Shown here piece by piece: positions 9,982-21,164 of a stretch of DNA of 64,000 nt. The notes beneath the pieces were generated by a model. The model ran no database searches and was not told the origin of the DNA. It worked only from the letters and a program-made list of their open reading frames with translations. Made by a program: the position numbers and the translations under genes. Every line of letters starts with the position of its first letter. Position 1 is the stretch's first letter. Source of the stretch: Rebecca billardiae RCC1528 (Eukaryota > Protista > Haptophyta); the NCBI GenBank assembly GCA_965240325.2, contig OZ251226.1, positions 2,542,001 to 2,606,000 of the forward strand, written 5' to 3'.

Positions 9982-11322
9982 ATGACCTCCCAGCATCGCG
10001 GCCTGGCGGTGGCCGAACACAGCATCCCGTGCATGACGGCGGCGCGGCGTCTGATCCACGCGCTCGCCGCGTGCACCGCGCTCCTCAGCGCCGGTGAACA
10101 GTGTCCGCCCTCCGCAAACTGGACGCAGTGCTGCGCCGTGCGCGACTGTGCACCTGCGCTGGCCACGTTTGACGACGGCACGACGTGCACGCCCACTCGC
10201 CGAGTGTCGGAGAGATCCGGCAGGCAGAGCCTCGCAGGGCCGTGCCCGTTTCCCGCCGCACCGGGGACGCGCGGGCCCCGCGTCCCGTACTACTACACGC
10301 TCCACGTCCCAAAGACCGGCGGGAGCTCCGCCAAGGCGTGCCTCGCGCGGCTCGCGGAGTACCACGCGCGCGCCATCAACGCGAGCGTGAGCAGGGCGCA
10401 CACGCCCAACAGGGCAGCCATCGCGGTCGGCGGGGTGGAGGTGCCGTACTTCGAGTTCCGCGCGTCCGGCTGGATCGCGGGCGTGCGCGGCGTGCGGCTC
10501 GTCGCCATCGTGCGCTCGCCCGTGCCGCACACGCGCTCCGTCTATGGCATGCTCAACTACAACAAGTACTCGCCGGAGCACCGCAGGCGGCAGCGGCTCG
10601 GGCTGCCGTCGCTGCTCAACATGACGTACGCACAGTGGCTGCTGGTGTGGAAGGACGCGTGGGACACCGCGCGCGCGAACGAGTCCGCCTGCCCGGCCGC
10701 CGCGGTGCGCGCGAGCCGGCTGACGACGGGCACGACGTGGCACGCGGCCAACATGCAGACGTACTTCTGGGGCGCGCGCACGCCGCCGACGGCACCCGCC
10801 GCCGGCGGTGGGGGGCACGCGCGCGGCCCGTGGGCGGTGATCTGGTGCCACTTCGTCGCGCGCGACGGCGAGGCGGCCCTCGCGCGCGCGCACGGGCTGC
10901 TGCGCGCCGCGTGGCTCATGGGCGTCACCTCGCGCATGGAGGCGCTGTGGCACCTCGGGCTGCGCCGGCTCGGGCTGCCGCCCCACATCCTGCGCGAGGC
11001 GCTGCAGGACAGGCTTTGGAAGCGGAGGGTGACGCACAACACGGGCGTGGAGGCGCTGCACATCCGGGTGGAGGGAGCCGTGCTGGGGGCGGCGCAGGCC
11101 ATCAACTCGCTGGACGGCGCGCTGTACGAGCACGCCAGCGCTCGGCTGCAGGCCGACTTGGACGCCACCGACGGCGCCGATGGAGACGCGTCCGCCCACG
11201 ATCCAAATGCGAAGCCCGCACGCTTCCGAGATGGCATCAACGGCAGTATGGCACACACGCGTCAACTGCCAGCCACGCAGGGCCAGGGACAGGCCCCGCA
11301 GGGGCAAGTCGAGTCCGCGTGA
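9982..11322 (+). CDS. Golgi-type (carbohydrate) sulfotransferase-like protein
   Basis: 5'-PSB motif LHVPKTGGSS, 3'-PB motif IVRSPVPHTRSVY, NMQT and INSLDGALYEHA tail. Probable start at ATG 10033 with a signal/anchor peptide. Confidence 0.78.
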   Translation: MTSQHRGLAVAEHSIPCMTAARRLIHALAACTALLSAGEQCPPSANWTQCCAVRDCAPALATFDDGTTCTPTRRVSERSGRQSLAGPCPFPAAPGTRGPRVPYYYTLHVPKTGGSSAKACLARLAEYHARAINASVSRAHTPNRAAIAVGGVEVPYFEFRASGWIAGVRGVRLVAIVRSPVPHTRSVYGMLNYNKYSPEHRRRQRLGLPSLLNMTYAQWLLVWKDAWDTARANESACPAAAVRASRLTTGTTWHAANMQTYFWGARTPPTAPAAGGGGHARGPWAVIWCHFVARDGEAALARAHGLLRAAWLMGVTSRMEALWHLGLRRLGLPPHILREALQDRLWKRRVTHNTGVEALHIRVEGAVLGAAQAINSLDGALYEHASARLQADLDATDGADGDASAHDPNAKPARFRDGINGSMAHTRQLPATQGQGQAPQGQVESA

Positions 11323-11793
11323 CCGCGCCCCGGCCGGAGTCGGAACTCCGAGACCGCATTCAGCGCGCGAAGAGACTAGCTAGATAGATCTAGGTAGATC
11401 TAGGCTTCTGAGACATTAGGGCTCTCGAGACGAAGGCGTGTGGCTTCGTCCTACGACAATGGGCCCTGGCCAGCTCAGCGCTGAACGCGGGCAGGCCCAC
11501 GGGCACGAGGCACGACCGTCGAAGCGGATATGAGCTGAGCAGATGACGGACTCTGGCCCCCTCATCCCGCCCCCTGCCGACCCGTGACCGACCGAGCAGC
11601 GCCCAGTGTCACAGTGTGAGCCTGCCGCAGTGAGCCGCTGTCTGAATAATAGCGCGCATCAGCTGAAAAATATAGCTAGCAGACAGAATTATTAAGCTGG
11701 CAACGACGACTGCTATACTAATAATATTCTGACGATGGTACGACTAGCCTGGCAGCGGTCGACTAGGCACTAGCTATACCAGCAACGGTATTA

Positions 11794-12084
<291 letters not shown>

Positions 12085-12235
12085 ACGACTAGACTAGACA
12101 CTCTTAGACTAGTCACCCGGCCGTTTACCAGCTGGTGACCAGCGGCATGACGACCGCTGCTAGCTACTCCAGGCGGACCGCAGCATAGTCCGAAGAGTGT
12201 CGTCAGTGATGCTGTCGTGATTCAAAGATATCGAG

Positions 12236-13897
12236 TCACTCTCGCGTCGTTGCCAGCATGTGCACCGGTCCGCGGTCGTATTCGCAGAAGCGCACATCGC
12301 GCTGCTTGTGGCTCATCTTGGGGCGGCCTGCCCTGAGCGAGCAGTTGGTGTGTCGCTCGCGCCACCCGCCCGTGGCACTGCACAGCATCGGCAGGTCGGC
12401 TGGCGTGTAGGCGGGCGTGCGCACGCGGAGCGGCGTGCACACGCCCGAGCAGTGCAGATGCGTGCCGCTCGGATCTGAGCACATCTGGCGCAGCGTCGCG
12501 CCGCCGCGACCGAGTCCAGCCGTCCACGACCGGATCTCGCACGTGGCGCGATCGACGGCGAGCGGCTGACCGCGCGCCATGCTCGCCTCTGCGGTGTGGA
12601 ATGGCCACTGCACTGGCACGTACACGTCGTCGCACAGCATCAGGTCGAGCAAGCCGAAGCTCGGCTGGTACCGCGCGTACGCGAGCGAGCGGTCGAGGTG
12701 CAACGGGCCTGCCCACACGCTGCCTTGCTTCGCCCGCCCCCGGGCCTCGTCCACGAGGGCGAGCCTGAGCCGCAGCGGGAGGCTCATGCCCGCTCCGAGC
12801 GCCGCACCGTCGAGCGCCGCGTTTGGGTTGGCGCGGAAGTTCGGGTCCGTCATGAACGCCCGGCCGGAAGCGTCGATGCGGAAATCGGCCGAGGCGACGC
12901 CGGTGTACCCGAGCGCCTTGGCCAGCGCGGCAAGCCCGGCGCCGGCATCGGGCGCGTTCATGGTGACGCTCACGACCGAGATGCCCTTGGCTCCGAACGT
13001 GGCGAGCGGCGCCTGCGCAAAGCCCGCGACCATCTCGCCATCGAGAAAGACGGCGTTGAAGGCGATATTCGTGCCGTTCACGTACTGCTGCACGGTGTAA
13101 GGTACCTTGCCCAGGGCGAACATCCTGAGCGTCGAGCTGACGCACTCGCGCGTGGGGCAGATCTTGACGCCGCGGCCGGCGCCGTCGCTGTCGCTCTTGA
13201 TCGCCACTGGCACGAGCGAGAGCGCCTGCTGCAGCTGCTCGTCGCTCGCGCCCGTGGCAGGCACGATCACCGCGCGCGGTACTCGCACCCCCACGCGTCG
13301 TGCGATGTCGAGCATCGCCGACTTGATGCCCAGAGAGCTCCACTCCTGGCGCGCGAGGGGCAGCGAGCAACGGAGGGCCATCGCCACGCGCTGCCATTTG
13401 GGATCTGTGCTGCCTTCGACGCTCCGATAGGCCCGCACGAGCAGCCGCGACGTCGTTGCCATGTCCGGTATGACGAGGGATGGCCCAAAGTCGGAGATCG
13501 CCTGCGTGACGTCCGCCTTCGTCGGCTGCCTGAACGTCTGCCGCGAGAAGGGCAGCGCTGCTCGGGAGGGCGCGGGCGTCGACTCGAACGGGCACAGGTG
13601 GCGGGGGACGAGCCGCGGGCAGTGCTGCGTGAGGATGCCGATCTGCCAACCGCTCTCGGAGAAGCTACTCAGAGTGGCCAGAATGCCCGGCATGTCGCTG
13701 GCATACACGAACAGCACGCGCGAGGCACCGCTGCTCCGGACCGAGCGGCAGCTGGCGCTCACCGAGTCGGCAAACGCTTGGAGAGGCGCGACCGCGTCGC
13801 TCGCATTCGACTGGCTGCCCGCGGCGAGCTCTCCGCTCATGCCAGCGGCGGGCTGGCCGGCAGCGAGCTGAGCTGCCAGTAGTAGCGCGACGCGCAT
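12236..13897 (-). CDS. ATP-grasp fold protein with N-terminal signal peptide
   Basis: Motifs KSAMLDIARRVGVRVP, PVAIKSDSDGAGRGVKIC, VQQYVNG and GYTGVASADF...FMTDPNFR; N-terminus MRVALLLAAQLAAG. Confidence 0.78.
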   Translation of the reverse strand: MRVALLLAAQLAAGQPAAGMSGELAAGSQSNASDAVAPLQAFADSVSASCRSVRSSGASRVLFVYASDMPGILATLSSFSESGWQIGILTQHCPRLVPRHLCPFESTPAPSRAALPFSRQTFRQPTKADVTQAISDFGPSLVIPDMATTSRLLVRAYRSVEGSTDPKWQRVAMALRCSLPLARQEWSSLGIKSAMLDIARRVGVRVPRAVIVPATGASDEQLQQALSLVPVAIKSDSDGAGRGVKICPTRECVSSTLRMFALGKVPYTVQQYVNGTNIAFNAVFLDGEMVAGFAQAPLATFGAKGISVVSVTMNAPDAGAGLAALAKALGYTGVASADFRIDASGRAFMTDPNFRANPNAALDGAALGAGMSLPLRLRLALVDEARGRAKQGSVWAGPLHLDRSLAYARYQPSFGLLDLMLCDDVYVPVQWPFHTAEASMARGQPLAVDRATCEIRSWTAGLGRGGATLRQMCSDPSGTHLHCSGVCTPLRVRTPAYTPADLPMLCSATGGWRERHTNCSLRAGRPKMSHKQRDVRFCEYDRGPVHMLATTRE

Positions 13898-14554
13898 GAG
13901 CGTCGCATCTCCGCAGTCACGCGGTCGGCGGCGGCGGTCCTGGACTCCTGGTTTTTTTTCTATCTAATTCCCCATGATAACGGCATAACGGGCTCCGTGG
14001 TGGAACTGCTTCCTGAATGGTGACGAAACAGAGTACTAGACTAATTCTATGATTTTTAAAAGACACAGGCACGAGGGCGCAGCTCTCCTGATTCGTCTGT
14101 CGAAGTACTGATTGGAGACAGAGGGTGTGAGCGCGTTGGCCGCGGGTGAGGACCTAGTCGTCGTCGATGCCGGATCACACGGAGGCAGTAGGTGCCCAGG
14201 GATGCCGCTGAAGTCAGTATTTGCAGTCGTCGCCAGCCCTTGGTCATCATGTACTTGTACGCGTCGACGTTCCGAGGCCGTGTTCGAGTTGCGGATGCAG
14301 TGGTGCAGATAGTGGATGGGGTCGCCCTGGCCGGTGTGTGCGGCCTTGGTCTTGCCGAGTTGCGGAAGTAGTCGCCACTAGTAGTAGTACGTACCATTAT
14401 TCAGACGGGCATTGCCGGGTTGCACCCGGCAATGCTGCTGCATTAATATTCACCCCGGTCCCCCCGGCTTTCGCTCACGCCGTCAGACTCACTGAGTCTC
14501 CGAGTCAGACCGAGACCTTTCGAATTCGGGGGCCGGGGGGCCGTGCGCCATAAC

Positions 14555-14694
<140 letters not shown>

Positions 14695-14972
14695 CTCATC
14701 GCTCGTCACTACAAATGTCGTAGGCACCGCGTGAATCTGACGAGTCACCGTTACTAACACCGTCGCCAAGACACCGAGTAAGAATCCCGGCTCAATCCGG
14801 GCCCGGTCAAGCCATCAAGCCCAAGGCGACACACCAGCCGCGGCTGGGCCGTGGGCGCCCAGCGACTTTGACATCGCGACAGACCAGGCTGCTGCACTCC
14901 CGCGCCGCGCCACGCGCGGTCCGAAGGCGCACCACCCGTCCCGAGCCGAGCCCCGCTGCCCCGCGTCCTTAC

Positions 14973-17900
14973 TCACAGCGAGTAGCGCCCCTGCTGCGCC
15001 GACTGGATGAGGCTGGCCATCCGGTCGGACAGCCCTCGCAGCTCGCCCAGCTTGCCCTCGAGCTCGTCGATGCGGCGCTCGAGGCGCTCCTCGACCGCGC
15101 GCGCGCTGCCCGTGACGGCGTGCGGCGGCCTCGGGATCAGCGTCTGCGGCGGCATGTCCGCCGCCGCCTCGAGCACGTGCACCCACTGCCACTGGTGCTC
15201 GCGCTGCCGCCGCCGGTGCGGCAGCATCGCGTCGTAAGCGTCAACGATCAGCGCGGCGCGCTGCCCGAGCTCCACGTCGCGCGCGTGCGCCTCGAGCTCG
15301 GCGTAGGTGCGCGAGGCGATGAGCAGCAGCACGTTGGCCGAGCACACGACGACCGCGATCACGAACGCCTGCGGGCGCGCCGGGGCGGGGGCGGGGGCGG
15401 GCTCAGCGCCTGGGCGCGCCGAGTGCGCGCGCGGCGCGGCGCGGCGCGGCGCGGCGCGGCGCGCGCGGCGCGGACCGCGTGGTGCGCGCGCGCGTCCGAC
15501 GGCGCCGGCAGCAGCAGCGCGGACGAGAGCGCGAAGGCGCAGAGCAGCGTGGCGCCGACGAGCAGCGCGGGCAGCGCGTTGCGCGCCGAGCGGCACAGCG
15601 CCACCGTCGCGAGGCACAGCGGGCGCACGCCCCTGAGCGAGTACACCACGCGCTCCACCAGTAGGAGTAGGGAGCCCACGATCAGCGTGTGCAGGGCGAG
15701 CCGCAGCATGCGCAGCGCGCTGGGCGCGGGCTCGGCGTCGGCGGGGAGCCGCGAGTGCGCGAGCATGCAGCCGAGCATCAGCGCGCCGCCGAGCGGCGTC
15801 TGCGCCCAGAAGCCGCGGCAGTGCAGGATGCTGCCCACGGCGGCCGGGCCGTGGCGCGCCGCCCGCGCGGCCGAGCGCGGCGCGGCCGCGCCGCGCCACA
15901 GCCGCCAGCCGCGCGCGGACGCGCCGCCGCTGGGTGCGCCCGAGCGCGCGGCGTCGGCGCGTCGGCGCGCGAGCGTGGCGTGCGCGTGCGCGAGCCCGTG
16001 GAGCACCATCGTCAGGTTGACGCAGACCACGGGAAACGCGAGCAGATAGAGCAGCGCGCGCAGCGCGCTCATGCGCAGCAGCGGCAGCGGCGCGCTCAGA
16101 CCGCACGCGCCGTCCGCGTCCGCGCAGATGCCGTGCGGGCAGACGAGCGTGACGAGCGCCCAGTACGCGCACGCCGCGGCGAGGTGCGCGCACACGCCCA
16201 CCGCGCGCGCCGCCGAGTGCTTTCCCACGAGCACCTCCGCCCACAGCGCCTCGACCGTCGCGCTGACGCACGACGTCTCGAACACGCGCAGCGGGTGGCC
16301 CGCGGCGGACATGCTAGCGTGGTGCACCAGAGCGTGCAGCGCGTTGCGCGAGGTGAGCAGCGGGAGCGGCACGCGCTTGGGCCGCACGTGCACGCCGACG
16401 AGCGTGTTGCTCGCCGAGTGCGCGTCGTGCTTCACGTCCACCGACTGCCAGATGTGCGTCCCCACGCCGCCCCACGACGGGAAGAGCGCGAGCGTCGTCG
16501 AGCGCACGCCGCCGGTCGCCAGCTCGATGAGCGCGCCCGACCGCTCGAGCCCGACGAGGGGGTCGCAGAGGAAGGTGCCGATGGCGGCGCCGAGGCCGTC
16601 GGCGGCGACGCGCGGGATCAGCCGGCGCGCCACCACGCGCCGCAGCGGCAGCGGCGCGCGGCACGACGCGACGAGCAGCGCGTGGATCGTCGGCAGGTCC
16701 CGCTTCCGGATCGCGAGCTCGAACGAAGGCGTCTCTTGCCGCGCGGCCGGCAGCAGCGCGAGCGCGGGCACCTGGTCGAGGAGGCGGCCGACGAGCGCGC
16801 GCTTGTGCCGCGAGATGAGCACGTCGAGCATGCGCGCGCTGCCGTCCTGCAGCGGCTGCAGACCCTTGTCCCGGTAGATGCCGTCGTTCTTCGTCGGCAG
16901 CGCATTCAGCGCCATCTGGCGCGCGCAGTCGACCGTCGGCGCGCGCGCGCGCGCGCGAGCGAGCGAGCGACTCAGCGCGGGCGCGCGCGCGCGCAAGCGC
17001 GGAGGGGCTGGAGCGCGTGAGCACGCGCCCGCCCGGCCGCGCGCTCGGCCGGCCGAGGCGACGGCGCGCCGCCTGCCACCCGCCGCCCGCACCGCCCTCG
17101 CACACGCGCCCTCTGCCCCGCGCGCACCTGCGGGTGCGTGCTGACCAGCCCGACCAGCAGCGCCTCGGCCTTGAAGCCCGGCTCGTCGTCGCTCCAGACC
17201 GCCGAGGAGGTGCGCAGCAGCGGCGCGGCCTCGAGGGGCTTGGACAGCGCGAGGCGGGAGCCGTCGCACGAGTACACCGCGAACGACTGGTTCCCGTCCG
17301 CCACCACGCGCCCGTCCCCCGAGAAGGCGAGCACGAGCGGCCAGTACGAGCGAGGCACGCCGCAGTCGGCAAACACCACGCCCGAGGTGACGTCGAGCAC
17401 GGTCACCGTCTTGTTGTGCCCGCCGATGCCGACGAAGCGGTCGTCGGCGGACCACGCGAGGCCCATCACCCACCCCATGTTGGGCATCTCGAACACCGCC
17501 TCCTGCGTTGTCGTGTCGAAGAGGAAGAGCTTCCCGTTCCCGCCGACGGCGACGTGTCGGCAGTCGTGCGACATCGCATACGCCTGCACGCGCACCACGC
17601 CCAGCTGCAGCATCAGGTTCTTGAGCTGCCGCTCCTTCACGTCGGTCTCGAGGTAGAAGGAGGCGCGGCCGAAGCCCGCGGCGAGCGGGCCGAACTCGTC
17701 CTGCAGCCGGAAGATCGAGAACCACGCCGAGCTCGTGTCCCGCCGCTTGCTCGCCTCGATCGTCTGCGAGTGCGTGTTGACGAGGAGCGCCTGCGTTGCG
17801 GTCGCGACCGCGACCATGCTGCCGTCCGCCGACCAGCGCAGCCCGTGCCGCGCCTCCTCCTCCTTGGCGGGCACGTCGCCGTCGAGCTTGACGCTCGCCA

Positions 17901-19530
17901 CCTCGGCGAGGTGGCTCGGCTCGCCCGCGTACACGAGCAGCCGCTTCCCCGCCAGCGCGGCGAGCTTGCCCTTGAGCTGCGCGTCGTGCATGATGCGCGC
18001 GTGCAGCTCGTGCGGGATCTGATACCGGTCGAGCAGCCGGCTCACCACCTTCACGGTCGGCGTGTCGAAGGGCGAGTAGGCGAGGGCGACGACGTCGCCG
18101 GGCATGGTGAGCTCGTCCACCACGCCCGAGTGCGCCGACGCGTACACGCGCACGATCGCGTTGCGCGCCAGCGCGATCATCGAGCCGTCGTGGTTGAGCG
18201 CCATCGCGCGCACGCGCCCGCCCAGCCGGCTCTCGGGGATGATCGCGTCGCCCGACGAGTTGATGTCGTACAGGTGGACGGCGCCGCCGACGCGGCAGTA
18301 GAGGAGGCCGCCGCGCGCGAAGCCGATGTTGTTCACGCCCTCCAGCTCGCACAGCGGGCACAGCGTCGCCAGGTCGATCAGCGTCAGCACGCCGCTCTCG
18401 CGGCCCGACTGCGCGGCGACAATCAGCCCTGCAAACGCCGGGTGGCCGCTCGGGTGCGGCGGCGTGACCGAGACGCCGGGCGGCGGCGGCGAGGAGGGGA
18501 AGGAGATGGCCAGGCCGTGCTGGTGCTGCACGGGCATCACGATCTCCGCGATCGGCGCGAACCCGTTCGGCACGTCGTACAGCGCCACCTTCCAGTCGCC
18601 GCCGGTGAGCGCGAGGATGGCGCCCGACGCGTCAAAGCACACGGCGTTGATGTACCCGCCGCGCCCGAGCACCTTGAGCAGCCGGCTGCCGCTCGCGGCG
18701 GTGCCCGCCGCCGATGCGTCGGCGCTCGCGGACGCGGCGGGCGGCGTCTGGCTGCCTGCCAGCCACGGGCTCGGCCCGCCGCTGCCCGCGCGAAGCCCAG
18801 CCGCGCCGCTCGCCGCCGAGGCGCCCGCGCCGCCGCCGTTGCCGCCCCCCGCCGACACGGCTCCGCTCGCGCCACCGGCGCTCCCCGTCGAGAGCCGCGA
18901 GTCGCCGAGCGGCTGCTTCATGTCCCACACAGTGCACTTGCGCATGTCCCCACCGACGACGAGCAGGTCGCCGCCCGGCGAGAACTTGACGCACGTGCCG
19001 TACGCAAAGAGGTAGACGGTCAGATCGAACTCAAACACGGGCTCCCACTCGCCCTGCGAGATGTCGTACACGGTGGCCTTGCGGTCGCGGCCGGTCATCG
19101 CGATGTGCATGCCGTCGGGCGAGAGCGCTATTCCGTGGATCTGCGTGTCGCGGCTCAGGAAGATCGCCTGCACCTCGCCGCTCTGCCCGTTGCCGAGGTG
19201 CGCCACCATCACCCAGTTCTCCTCCTTGCCCGCGGCCGCGATCGTCGTGTTGGTGGCGGAGACCTCGACGACGGACACGTCGTTCTCGAGGTTGTTGACC
19301 TGCGCGACGATCGCCTGGTCGGACATGTTCGGGTTCGGCCCCTTGAGCCATCGCTCCTCGAAGTACTCCTCGCGAAGCACGATCACCGAGCGGCCAAGCC
19401 CGATCACAATGAGCGAGCCATCCGGCGACAGCGTGAGTGCGCCGAGCCGCGAGTTGATCGAGAGGTCCTCCATCGGACGGACGCACGCGCGCATGTGCGC
19501 GGGCATGATCCGCTTCACATTTCGCACCAT
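14973..19530 (-). CDS. WD40-repeat + TRP-channel-like membrane protein (exons 19530-17128, 16915-15476, 15368-14973; about 1412 aa)
   Basis: Exon 1 has many WD40 repeats (IALSPDGMHIAMTGRDRKATVYD; VKFSPGGDLLVVGGDMRKCTVWD). Two phase-0 GT-AG introns join three separate ORF-track frames. Exons 2-3 give TM helices, an S4-S5-like YSLRGVRPL, an S6/TRP-box-like ANVLLLIASRTYAELE...GQRAALIVD, and a terminal coiled coil. Confidence 0.8.
15369..15475 (-). other. Intron 2 of the WD40-TRP gene
   Basis: GCG|GTCCGC ... CGCAG|GCG; contains tandem GCGCC-type pentamers; removal restores the frame into the S6 exon. Confidence 0.75.
16916..17127 (-). other. Intron 1 of the WD40-TRP gene
   Basis: CAG|GTGCGC ... 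GCCAG|ATG; removal restores the reading frame. Confidence 0.85.
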
Positions 19531-20414
19531 GGGTGCTTCCGAGCGCGCCCGGGAGCTCGCTCGGCGTCGCGGTGATCAGCAGTGGCGGCGGAGCCAGCGG
19601 GCCACGCCACAGCAAGCGCAGCTTGGCTAGAAGTCCGGGTGGCTCCCGGCAAGGCGCTTTGAATGCCGAAGCCCGTGCCCATCGTGAAACCTTTCCCGTT
19701 TTTTTGGCTTTTTTCGTCAGCTTGATCGTCGCCGAAAAAATGGCGCACGACAGACGATGATGGTCACTCGCCTTTGATTTCGTACCCATGCACTTCCTGG
19801 TGGGCCTGACGACGTCCGGACGACGACAACAACGACATCCGCCATGGGGACCAACATCAACGTGCTCACACCACTGCCACTGCTGCAAGCTTCGACCAGT
19901 ACCACTACAGACGAATCAGGAGAGCTGCGCCCTCGTGCCTGTGTCTTTAAATCATAGAATTGGTCATGGACTAGTGATGGACGCGCGGCGTCTCCTGTCG
20001 TCGTCAGGCCGATGATCGAGTGACAGACAGTGATGCCAGTCAAGCGCTCTCCAGCTCTCCTATGTCACACCGGCCTGGCCGTGCTTAAACTGCTTAATGA
20101 AGTTGCCCTCGGGCAGGGTGGTGTCTGGTGAGGGCTGAGGCACCATAAGGCATAACTCATAAGCCTAAGGCCCCGGATCCCGGCGGAGGCGGCGGACGAT
20201 TGAACCCGCATATTCCAGTCGATCAGCCGCGCGGACTTACTCACTTACTGACTACTGAGTTACTCGTAAGTGCCTCAAGTCAGTCAGCCTGCCTGCCACT
20301 CTCCGCCTCTCGCGGACGCGGTCGGGCCTGTCCTAGTACGGCTAGCCGTAGTAGCGGTAGTACTCCGGGAGTACGGTTCGCAACTAAGCCGTGCGCAGCA
20401 GACTTGCGCCGTGA

Positions 20415-21008
20415 TCATGCGGGCGCGCCCGAGAGCCGCGCCGGCCCATGCGCGTGCCCACCCCTGGGTCGCGTGCCCGATGCCGGGGCTGCATGCTCGC
20501 CGGCACTCGTGTCCGCGAGCAGGGCCTGCACGGCGACATCAAACTGAGGGGGGGTGACCTGCACGGCAGAGAGGGCTTCGCCCGCACGCCCCCAGCCCAG
20601 GAGCGCGGCCCAGCGAGCGCTGTCCGCCGACAGTGCGTCTCGGCTGTTGCAAACCAGCGCGGCCAGCCTCCTCACCACCTCGTCCGCGCCCAGGCACGGC
20701 TCGTCGCGGAAAACGATCGTTGCGATCGACACTGGCATGCCAAGGGCGACGCCGTGCCGCGCGTAAAACTCGACGAATGTGGACAGCACGCTGCGGAACC
20801 GCACATCCTCCGAGAAGACCGAGTCCAGCCCCTCGCGGTAGCCGGCGTCGAACGCATCCTGCATCACACTGTCTTGCCCCGCCGCAACGCCGTCCGAGAA
20901 GCCGAGCGTGGACATGCGCGACTCGAGGTGCGCGTACTCGCGCTCGCGGCGCCTCTGCTCGAAGGCCGGTGCAACCGTCTCCTCATCGTCCTCGAGCCAG
21001 TCGTCCAT
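20415..21008 (-). CDS. YAE1: Yae1-family protein (Yae1_N domain)
   Basis: MDDWLEDDEE...REYAHLESRMSTLGFSDGVAAGQDSVMQDAFDAGYREG matches the deca-GX3 motif of Yae1/Lto1. The 3' end is uncertain. Confidence 0.75.
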   Translation of the reverse strand: MDDWLEDDEETVAPAFEQRRREREYAHLESRMSTLGFSDGVAAGQDSVMQDAFDAGYREGLDSVFSEDVRFRSVLSTFVEFYARHGVALGMPVSIATIVFRDEPCLGADEVVRRLAALVCNSRDALSADSARWAALLGWGRAGEALSAVQVTPPQFDVAVQALLADTSAGEHAAPASGTRPRGGHAHGPARLSGAPA

Positions 21009-21164
21009 CTGTCCGCGCGCGTCCCACGACACCCGCGAGCCGGAGCGCGACGCTCGCGTCCGGCGACGCCAATGGCGGCGGATGAGCCAAGGGCGGCCAA
21101 GAGCGAGTTTCGTCGATTTCAAATAGCACTCGATCGGCAGCAAGTGCCAACGGACGCTCATCCC

